Positions 26,341-36,800 of a stretch of DNA of 64,000 bases are shown here, piece after piece; the first letter of the stretch is position 1; every line of letters starts with the position of its first letter. Origin of the DNA: Takakia lepidozioides (lineage: Eukaryota; Plantae; Bryophyta); NCBI GenBank assembly GCA_030704615.1, contig CM060734.1, positions 42,036,001 through 42,100,000 of the forward strand, given 5' to 3'. The position numbers and the translations under genes were made by a program. The notes beneath the pieces are model-generated. The model did not search any database. It saw only the letters and a list, made by a program, of their open reading frames with translations, and had not been told where the DNA came from.

Positions 26341-28941
26341 GTTTGCTCAACGATTATTGCGATTAATGCTGAAGAACCACGTGGCGTAACCAGGCGGGGC
26401 GCCCGTGAGTTTGACCTTTTGGGCTGACTTTGACTTTTCCCTCCGGATGAGTGGACCGACTCACCGGAGCGCGGTGACACATGGACGCGGATGTGGACGA
26501 CAATGTGGACACTGACGTGGTGGCGCCACGACGAGCAACACTGCTGCCACGTGGCCACGGGCCCGGGGCACCACGTGGTCGTTGACCACATAACTTGCAG
26601 TGCTACATGCCCAGTGGCAACTGCGACTGCGGAAGTCGGCACAACCACTGCTTTACTACTTTTAATGAAGTGCTCGAAATTACTTTAACAATCACTCATA
26701 GTGGTCCATGCTTTGAAGTTTGGGTGTAATGAGCCGACTAGTACATACGCATGTAATACCATACAAGAGATCTAATCATGTCATTAGAAATGCGAAAACA
26801 ATGAAAGACATGCCATGAAACAAAACGAAATGAAAATGAAATGAAATGAAACAAATGGTATTTTATTACATCTGCGGAAAGCTCAAAGAGCTTATGATAC
26901 AAAATGAAAAAACCAAAGTAAAAAAGCAGCCCAAAGCTACTACTGCTCTAGGGATTGCCTAAGGGTCAAGGCCCTCATGCAGGTAAGCTGCCAATCAATT
27001 GTGATCCTCATAATGCAAGACTCAGTGACAGATTGAGTCCCAGGGAATAGACCATCTACCCATGCATGTTTTTTGTAGCTATTGATCCACAGGGAATCAT
27101 AGGTAATCTTGTGCTTGAAATCTGGCCCTCTTGGATGAATCTGGACCCACACTCTCTTTGCTCCTTCAGCTACACATGCCTCTGCACAAATCATGCATTC
27201 ATCCTTGCCTTGCTGCTAGTAGCTGACAATGATGGCCTAGATTTATTCTAGGAAACATCCAACTCAGCTTCTCACACTAGTTCCTATAGTGAATGCATCT
27301 GCTAGTCTATGAAATGAACATGCATTCACCTTTTTGCCTCGGTTGTCCCATCATTGACTGGGGCAAAACAGTATTCATTCCACAACTTCTCCTCATCTCT
27401 GTTACTTGTTTTTTGATATTTTCCTGTTGTCACATTGGCAGTATCATGTCAAAGTCACTCCAAACTAGATTCACTCAACTAGCTAACTTGCAGAATAAAA
27501 CATGGAAATTTAGGGCCGATTATGATAAGAGGGAAAAACAAGGTGAAATGTGTTGAAGAAGATGCCTGCATTAGTAGTGTCTGGTTTTATAAATTGTGCC
27601 GCTGCTGCCAGTTGACCATCTACCCATGCATGTTTGTTGTAGTTATAGAGTCAATCTGGAGCTTGAAGCCCGGCCCTCTGGGGTGAATCTGCACCCACTC
27701 TCTATCCCTGCTCCTTCAACTATCCATGCCTCTGCACAAATCATGCATATATCATTGCCTTGCTGCTAGCAGCTGATGATGACATCCTAGATTTGGTCTT
27801 ACACCCCAACCCTATTTGGAAAAACAGGCTGAAATGTGTTGAGGAAGGTGCCTTCATTAGCAGCACCTCATTCTATCAATTGTGCTGCCGCTATTTGTTT
27901 CCACTTGCAACAATTGACCATCTACTCCAGCTGATTTCTTGTAGCTATTGATCCCTCAGCCTGAACCTGAACATGAATTTGGACCTCTATCCCTGGTCCC
28001 TCAGCTATCCCTATCCCTGCCCGTGTACAGATCATGAATACGTCCCTCAGCCTTCCTGCTAGCTGCTGACAAAGACGGCGTGAAGTTCTTCCTGAAAACA
28101 CCCCAACCTAGGACTTAACAGTAGTTCCAATTCTGAATTGCAACTGCTTCTCTCTGTAGTCGAACAAGCACTCACCTTTTTGTCTCCATTGTTCCCCCCC
28201 CCTGACTGGGGTCGGAAAGTGTTCATCCCAAAACTTCTCTTCATCTTGTTATCTGTTTTTGGGTACTTTCCCTCTGCCATATCAGCAGTAACTTGTCAAA
28301 GTCACTCCAAACCACCCCACATCCACCCAACTAACTAACTTACAGCATTTAATATGTAAATTCAGGGCTGGGTCTGATGGGAGGGCAAAATAGGCTGAAA
28401 TATGTCGAAGAAGAAGGTGCCCTCACCACATTGTCCTCGAAGTTGTGTCATGACCCATGGAGGATTTGTCTGACCATGCACCCAAGAGGACCTCTTGTGT
28501 GTGCGAGGTGTGTGCTGCTTCCACAGGGAATTGTAGGCGATCCGGAGCTTGAAATCCGGCCCTCTTGGATGAATCTGGACCCACACTGCTCCCTCCTCCT
28601 TCAGCTATCCATGCCTGTGCACAAATCATGCATACATCCTAGCCTTGATGCTAGCAGCTGACAATAACACCCTAGAATTGTTCCAGCAAACACCCCAACC
28701 CTACTTATCACACTAGTTCCTATGCTGACTTGCGTATGCTTCCACATGCATTCACCTTTTTGCCTGGATTGTTCCACCATTGACTGGGGTCGGAACCGTA
28801 TTCATTCCAGAGCTTCTCCAAATCTCTATTATCTGTTTTTCAATATTTCCTGTCGACCACATTGGCAGTAACATGTCAAAATCACTCCAACACCACCATA
28901 GTTCCATCAACGAGCTAATTTGTAGAATTCAACATGAACAT

Positions 28942-29919
28942 TTAGGGACGACTCTGATAGCAGGGGAATTCAAGGTGAAATATGTTGAAGAAGGTACCTT
29001 CATTAGCAGTGGGCCTTGTTCTATCAATTGTGCTGCTACCATTGCTGTTTCCAGTTGACCATCTACCCACTCGTAGCCGTTGTGCTATTGAAGAAGGTGC
29101 CCCCCCTTCCCCCAACATTTGATCATAGGTCTCCAAAGCCTCCATACCATGTCCCTGCTGTGCATACCCTGCAAGCATCGCATTCCATAACACCACATTT
29201 GGTTCAGCCATAGTGTTGAAAACTCCCTTCGCATCCTTAATGCACCCACATTTGGCATAGACGTCCACTAGGGGAGTGTTCAGGATGACATCTGGTACAA
29301 TTCCAGCTTTGACGATGTCACCATGAACCTCTTCCCCCTTTTCCAGAGGTCCCAGGCTTGCACACGCATTGCAAACATGCGCAAGTGTGATGTGGTTGGG
29401 CTTCACCCCTTTGCGTTGCATTTGCTCATAGGTCGCCAAAGCATTCCTACCACATTCATGCATGGTAAATCCTGCCAACATTATATTCCACATGATCAAA
29501 GATCGCTGAGGCATTCTGTAGAAATCTTGGCGATCATCCATGATGCTCCCGCACTTAACATACATGTTGACAAGGGTGTTGAGTAGAAAAAACATTTGGC
29601 ATGAATCCACTTTGGATAATGTGAGTGTGCACCTGATTCCAGCTTCCAGACCTAGAGCCTTTGTCAGTCTGCCTGCCTCACAAAGCATCTTCACATGCCC
29701 CGCAAAAAAGGCATTGTGGACTCCATCTAGTCTTGATCCTCTTTCAGAAGCTGTGGTCATGGTTGAGGACGTGCCTGATTTTATCAACTGTGCCGTTGCA
29801 GCTGTTGCCTTTAGTTGATCATCTACCCATTTAGGTTTCTTGTAGCTATTGATCCAAATGGAATCACAGGTAATCTGGAGCTTGAAGTCCGGCCCTCTTG
29901 GATGAATCTGGACCCACAC
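28942..29919 (-). CDS. Longest open PDF-PPR fusion remnant (probably a pseudogene)
   Basis: A single ORF runs from IHPRGPDFK...W through about 5 PPR motifs; no E/DYW domain seen. Confidence 0.6.
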   Translation of the reverse strand: MWVQIHPRGPDFKLQITCDSIWINSYKKPKWVDDQLKATAATAQLIKSGTSSTMTTASERGSRLDGVHNAFFAGHVKMLCEAGRLTKALGLEAGIRCTLTLSKVDSCQMFFLLNTLVNMYVKCGSIMDDRQDFYRMPQRSLIMWNIMLAGFTMHECGRNALATYEQMQRKGVKPNHITLAHVCNACASLGPLEKGEEVHGDIVKAGIVPDVILNTPLVDVYAKCGCIKDAKGVFNTMAEPNVVLWNAMLAGYAQQGHGMEALETYDQMLGEGGAPSSIAQRLRVGRWSTGNSNGSSTIDRTRPTANEGTFFNIFHLEFPCYQSRP

Positions 29920-31259
29920 TCTACCCCTTCTCCTTCAGCTATCCATGCCTATGCACAAATCATGCATTCATCTTTGCCCTTGCTGCTATCAGCTGACAAT
30001 GACAACCTAGGAAACACCCAATCACACTAGTTCCTATGCTGAATTGTGTTTGCTACTCTTTGTCATCTAATAGGCATTCAACTTTTTGCCTCGGTTGTTC
30101 CACCATTCACTGGGGTCAACAAAGTATTCATTCCACACCTTCTCCTCATCTCTGTTATCTGTTTTGGATACTTTCCTACTGCCACATCGGCAGCTACTTG
30201 TCATAGTCATTCCAAACCACCATAGATCCACCCAACGAGCTAACTTATAGAATTCAATATGCATCTCAGGCCCGAGTCTGATGAGAGGGCAAAACAGGCT
30301 GAAATAGATCAAAGAAGAAGGTGCCCTCACCACATTGTCCTTGACAACTCAATATGTAAATTCAGGGCCGAGTCTGATGAGAGGGAAAAACAGGCTGACA
30401 TACGTCGAAGAAGAAGGTGCCCTTACCACATTCCCCAAGGCCTCCATACCACGCCCCTGTTGTGCACACCCTGCAAGCATCGTGTTCCACGTGATGAAAG
30501 ATCGTTGAGGCATTCTGTTGAACACTTGGTGAGCATCCATGATGCTCCCGCACATAACATACATGTTGACAAGGGTGTTGAGTAGAAAAATATTTGGCGT
30601 GCACTTTGAATAATGTGAGTGTGCACCTGCTTTCTAGCTTCAAGGCCTTTCATCTTGATGCACTTATGCAAGAGACAGACATACGTATCTGAATCTGCTG
30701 AAATGCCTCCTTGGTTTAAAGTCAGTAGAGCCTCTTTCACGCCGCCTGTCTCACAAAGCATCTTCACATGCCCATAAGTGCCAGAAGAGGCATTGTGGAC
30801 TCCCTCTCTTGATCCTCTTCCAGAGGTTGTGGTCATGGTTGAGGTGCCTGACTTTATTAACTGTGCCGCTGCAGCTGCTGCCTTTGGCGATGCAACCATG
30901 CACCTCTTTGCATCTGGTAATCTGACAAGCATTCACCTTGGTACAATTCCAGCTCTGAAGATGTCGCCATGTGGACCTCTTTCCCCTTTTCCAAAGCTGC
31001 CAGGGCAGTGTTCAGATTGACATTTGGTACAATTCCAGCTCTGATGATATCCCTATGCACCTCTTTGTCCTTCTCCAGGCCGGCTGCCAGGCTTGCACAA
31101 GCATTGCAAATGCACACAAACATTATGTGCTTCCCCCATCCTTTGCTCATAGGTCTCCAAAGCCTCCATCCCACGTCCCTGCCGTGCATACCCTACAAGC
31201 ATCGCACTCCACGACACCATATCTCGTTCAGCCATAGTGTCGTACACTCCCTTTGCATC

Positions 31260-31850
31260 CTAGATGCACCCACATTTTGCATACATGTCCAACAGGGTAT
31301 GGTTCAGAATGACATTTGGTACAATTCCAGCTCTGAAGATGTCGCCATGGACCTCTTTCCCCTTTTCCAGAGCTGCCAGGGCAGTGTTCATAATGGCATT
31401 TGGTACAATTCCAGCTTTGATGATACCCATGCACCTCTTTGCCTTTGTCCAGGGCTCAATGTACCCACATTTTGCATACATGCCCACCAGGATATGGTTC
31501 AGAATGACATTTGGTACAAATCCAGCTATGAAGATGTCGCCATGGACCTCTTTCCCCTTTTCCAGAGCTGCCAGGGCAGTGTTCATAATGACATTTGGTA
31601 CAATTCCAGCTTTGATCATACCCCATGCACCTCTTTGCCCTTGTCCAGGCTCGATGCATCCACATTTTGCATATATTTCCACCAGGGTATGGTTCAGAAT
31701 GACATTTGGTACAATTCCAGCTCTGAAGATGTTGCCATGGACCTCTTTCCCCTTTTCCAGAGCTGCTAGGGTAGTGTTCAGAATGACATTTGGTACAATT
31801 CCAGCTTTGATGATATCCCCATGCACCTCTTTGCCCTTGTCCAAGGCTGC
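31260..31850 (-). repeat. Internal ~180-bp tandem amplification of PPR sub-motifs
   Basis: Repeated GAATGACATTTGGTACAATTCCAGC and AGIVPNVIL/MN units. Confidence 0.85.
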
Positions 31851-33399
31851 CAGGCTTGCACAAGCATTGCAAATGCACACAAAGTGGCCGGGCTTCACCC
31901 CCTCCCCCATCATTTGATCATAGGTCTCTAAAGCATCCATCCCACGTCCCTGTTGTGCATATCCTGCAAGCATCGCACTCCACAACACTCGTTTAGCCAT
32001 AGTGTCAAAAACTCCCTTTGCATCCTCAATGCATCCACATTTGGCATACATGTCCAGGTCAGGGCAGTGTTCAGAATGACATCTGGTGCAATTCCAGCTT
32101 TGACCGATGTCACCATGGACCTCGTTCCCCTTTTCCAGGTTTGCACACGCAGTGCAAACACATACAAACGCGATGTGGTTGGGCTTCACCCCTTCGCGCA
32201 TCATTCGCTCACAGGTCTCCAAAGCATTCGTACCACGCCCATGCTTGGTAATCCCGCCAACATTATATTCCACGTGATCAAAGATTGTTGAGGCATTCTG
32301 TGTTGAACACTTGGTGATCATCCATGATGCTCCCCTTAATATACATGTTGACAAGGTTGTTGAGTAGAAAAATGTTCGGCGTGAATCCACTCTGGACAAT
32401 GTGAGTGTGCACTTGCTTTCCAACTTCTAGGCCTTTCATCTTGATGCACTTATGCAAGAGACACACATACGTATCTACATTTGCTGAAATGCCTCTTTGG
32501 TTTAAAGTTTGTAGAGCCTCTTTCAGTCTGCCTGCCTCATAAAGCATCTTCACATGCCCATAAGTGCCAGAAGAGGCATTGTGGACTCCCTTGCTTGATC
32601 CTCTTCCAGAAGCTGTGGTCATGGTTGAGGTGCCTGATTTTATCAACTGTGCCGCTACAGCTGCCGCTTCCAGCTAACCATCTACCCATGGAGGTTTCTT
32701 GTAGCCATCCTTCCACAGGGATCCATAGGTAATCTGGAGCTTGAAATCCGACCCTCTTGGATGAATATGGACCCACACTCTATCCCGCTCTTTCAGCTAT
32801 CACTACCTCTGCACAAATCATGCATACATCCTTGCCTTGCTGCCAATGCGATCATCACACTCCACGACACCACATCTCGTTGAGCCACAGTCAAACACTA
32901 CCTTTGCATCTTCAATGCGACCGCATTCGACATACATGTCCACCAGGGCGGTGTTCAGTATGACAAACCCTACAATTCCAGCTTTCACGATGTCACCATG
33001 GACCTTCCATGTCACTTCCAGGTGGGGGCAATACATATTAAAATATGCAAGCCCCCAAGGCCAGATTTTGCTTGCATGTTCTTGTGAAACACACGTCAGC
33101 AAATGTGGCCCCGAATCACGGGTTGGATCCATAGTATGCACTAGAGTACTCAGTAGTATTGTTCGTATAGATATTGCCTATACAGGGATGCCTCGGCGTG
33201 AGCCTGGTCACGTGAGCGCGTGAGCGCAACTGCGCTCACGCCACGTCACCTTGCGCAAATGCCACGTCACGGGGCTCACTCCACGTCTTCACAAGAGAAG
33301 GCCGCGTCACCACGCGCCCAGAAAGAAGTGGAGTGTATTCCCGCGGATTGGCACCCTTTACCGCATAAACAAGCTGGACGACATAATAAAAGGCATTGA

Positions 33400-33750
33400 A
33401 TAAAGGATGGATGAATGTACAGCTGGATGATAAACTGATGGATGAGTGTGAAAAATGAATGTAGATGGATGAATGAGGGATGGATAAGAGTAAAATGGAT
33501 GAATGTATAATGGATGTTGAGCAATGACAAAAATTCATGACAGGAAGATGCATGACCAAAACTTTTGACGAATGCACAACGTATATGAAATGAGTGTGGA
33601 AGGTTTGTGGGGTGGATTAAAGAGTACAGAGGATGAATGTACAATGGATGTTGAACAAAGGAAAACATTCATGAATGGAGCACGCATGAATACACTGTAG
33701 ATGAATGCACAATGGATATGAGAAGAGTCAGGGAGGTTTGTGAGATGGAT
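33400..33750. repeat. Low-complexity GGATGAAT(G) subterminal repeats of the MULE
   Basis: Many GATGAAT/GGATG units. Confidence 0.7.
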
Positions 33751-33869
33751 TCAATTTAAATGAAAGTTGATTCTGTGATTATAATTTGTTCTAAAGGAAC
33801 AACTACGGTGGAGGAAGGGGATTCAACGTTTTCCAGATAGTATGAAAATGAATATAAAAAGAATATAGT

Positions 33870-36800
33870 TCAGTCTGACTCAGAGTCAGTACAATGTATC
33901 CCCGCTTCCTCTGCATCTAAGTCTAAGTATTTTAGAACACCGGATCCACGCTGGATACACCTACAGCTGGGCAGTAAAAAGTCAGGGGATAGGGACTCGG
34001 CCGCGTGAAGTGCCATTGCTTCGGCATAAACAGGAAGCAGAAAATTGGAAAGGGGGCTGTCGAAAACAGACTCGCCAGAAATGACTGTATCTCCTGAAGA
34101 TCCACCGCTGCCTTTCTTGAAAGACAGCCTGAAAAAGTTATTACTGTAACTTTGATGTTATTGAGAAATTGAGTATGGCTCCCAAAGAGGGTTTAGCACT
34201 TACTCACATGAAAAGTCGTTGTCGACCTGCTTCTCTTCGGGATCGTCATCATTTCGAATTTGAATCCGATCAGTCTGTGTGCCTGAAGTGGAGCCAGACA
34301 AAAAGGGGAGGAGCACTGTGTTATAGAGGTCAGAATCACCCTCCATGCCAAAAACGCTTCTTCCGCCTGCCTTGCATGCATGGTAAGTTGCTCCTGCACC
34401 ACACAGGAGGACATGAACAGTTTGGTGGGGGGGATTTAAGCAGATGAAATTGTTGAAAGAAAACCAATTCGGAAGGGAAAGAACGAACCTGTGGACACAG
34501 AAAGATCGACCACCCGTGCAGAGCGGTGGCTGCATGACTCCAGCAGTATTTGCATGAACGCTGGGGACTTTTCCTTTGCACCTCTCCAGGGAGTGCCATC
34601 TGGTCTCTTCAGAGTCTGACTGGACTGCATGAAGTTGTACAAAATGTCATCGACATGGGGCTCATAGGGGGGGTTGACGAAACAACCCTGGTCAGAAATC
34701 TCAAAGTTGCGGATGGAGGATGGTGTCTTTGAGGTGCGAATCCTCCGCAGGCAGATCGCCTTGAACATCCTCGTTTGCCAAAGATAGCAGGTTAGTGTGG
34801 TAAACACAATCTATAGTGGAAGTGTGTACATCGGCTATTCAGAATTCAGACACAAAAAAATCATTTTTATCACGAATCGGTGATGATCGTTGTCGATCAT
34901 AACAGATTCTACTAGAGTGGAGCTGCAGAGAACATTGAAACTCATCATGAAAGCACAAGCAGAAGGGAGACGACATACTAGCTGACCAGGGAAACCCCCT
35001 TTCACAAGGTAGAGGCTGTTTACACAATTCCATGTGCGCAAAACTTCAAACCCTGAAGACTTGAGGTATGATGCCAATGCCCGACGACTATCATTGTCAC
35101 ATGACTGAAAAAGTAGAAGCATCAGAGAAGAAGTTATTACAGAACCCGAACACCCAACTCCAGTAGTAGTCCTCGAATTTGTTCCAGCCTGGCGTCTTGC
35201 CCTTTGGAAGAACTTCTGGCACAGCCTGGCCATCCGGAATGTCGAGAATGACAATGTCGGCCGTATAAGTTTTCTGCACACCGCACACGAAGGTGGGACC
35301 TGTGCTCACCTGCAACAGACATGTTTTTTATAAGAACGAAAGCAAGAATGTTTTCAAAGAACAAGAGTGAAATACTGCCAACGAAACTTTCAGAGAAAAA
35401 GGAAAGAAACTGGAATTCTCACCAGATTGAGGAATGAGATTATATTGTCCCAGGTAGGCGATGGCACCCCAGTGTATCCTCTCTTTCGACTCTGCATCAT
35501 CGACAGCCAACCCTCATTAACAATTTTCATCTCTCCTGCCGAATCAGAACGGGAAGGGTGTGGCTTGGCATCAAACACGCACTGAACAGTGCGGGTATAT
35601 CTTCCAGCAGTAAAGTCCTGCCCACTCTCCATCTCCTTTTCTTTCTCCTTCCCCTTGTCCTTTTCCTTCTCTTTGGACTTGTCTTTGTACTTTGGCTTTG
35701 CTAGTGAGATGGCTTGTCTTTTGGTTTGCGGCCCGCCTTCTTTCCCTTCTGCGGCGTTCCCTGATCATCAGGCTCCTTGGCAGCCAATGTTGCTATGTTT
35801 CGTTGGTACTCTTCGTCAGTCAAAGGCGCCAGCATCTCAGCGTTATTGTTCAAGTATTTCATATGCTGTTCTTGAAAGGTCGTGTGCTCCGGTGGGCAGT
35901 CAAGGTACCACCCACAGTCTCTGAAGTGAGAAGGACTCCAGTCCTTCAATATCCCTGCAGTATACATGGTTGGATCGTTTGCAGGGTCCGACCACATGTC
36001 AAGATAGTCTGGAATTCCGCTCAGGTGATTTCCTTCCATAAGCACATATTTCGTGTACCTAAAAAAAGGAGATAAATCCCAACCCACAAAAGCGCTCAGT
36101 GAGTAAGATGCAAGTAGAACAGAATGAAAAAAACATAGATTGAAATGGCTCTGAGAACTGCTCCAAGGACCTTTCAGGACCACACGAATACTCCAGATGT
36201 GAATGTCGTCAACGCCATTCAAAACATTCCATTCAATGATACTGTAAATACACCCTAATCCAGGTGAATGCAATCTATCGTTTTGGAATGACACAGACAT
36301 AGAAGTGAATGTCGTCAACGACATTCACTAATCAAGCCTAATTATTCCTCAAATGAAGCAAAATCACAGGATGGAAATCATAAACTCGAGTAAGGAACCC
36401 TCCAGGAAAACTCAATGCACATTCATAACGAACACATCACTGAGGACCTCACAACAACACTGTATGTGAATGGCGTCAACGCCATTCACAAAAATACCAA
36501 CAAGGAACCAATTACTTAGCTCCCAATCCATGTAAATTCAAATTGTCGCTGTTGAATAATACAGACACAGAAGTGAATGTCATCAACGACATTCACTTTG
36601 GATTTCTCATAACAGAGCTTATCAAGCCTCCAGATTCCTCGCAAGAGGCAAAAACAATGCAGAACAACTGAATGTCTGCATTGACATTCAGCAATATGAA
36701 GTGAGGAACCCTCACTGTAACCTCTATGGACATTACAAAAATTTACATAACTCTGAGGACCTCTCAACAACTCCAGATGTGAGTGTCGTCAACGCCATCC

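Larger units (their letters stand above)
27040..33005 (-). pseudogene. Tandem array of at least 5 degenerate OSB-PDF-motif / PLS-PPR gene copies
   Basis: Repeated exon pair W.E.F..P..WW.N.GKK|gt...ag|IHPRGPDFKLQITYDSLWI. PLS-PPR motifs follow (LVDMYAKCGCIEDAKGVFDTM, WNAMLAGYAQQG, VCNACASLAALEKGKEVH). Confidence 0.85.

Noticed and set aside
30969-31917. Long plus-strand ORFs over the PPR region
   Set aside because: They are antisense shadows of the repetitive PPR coding sequence.
34660-34685. FVNPPY as the MTase catalytic motif IV
   Set aside because: It lies in the variable region just before motifs X/I, whereas the beta-class position and preceding strand fit DIPD. Probably coincidental, though not excluded without a structure.
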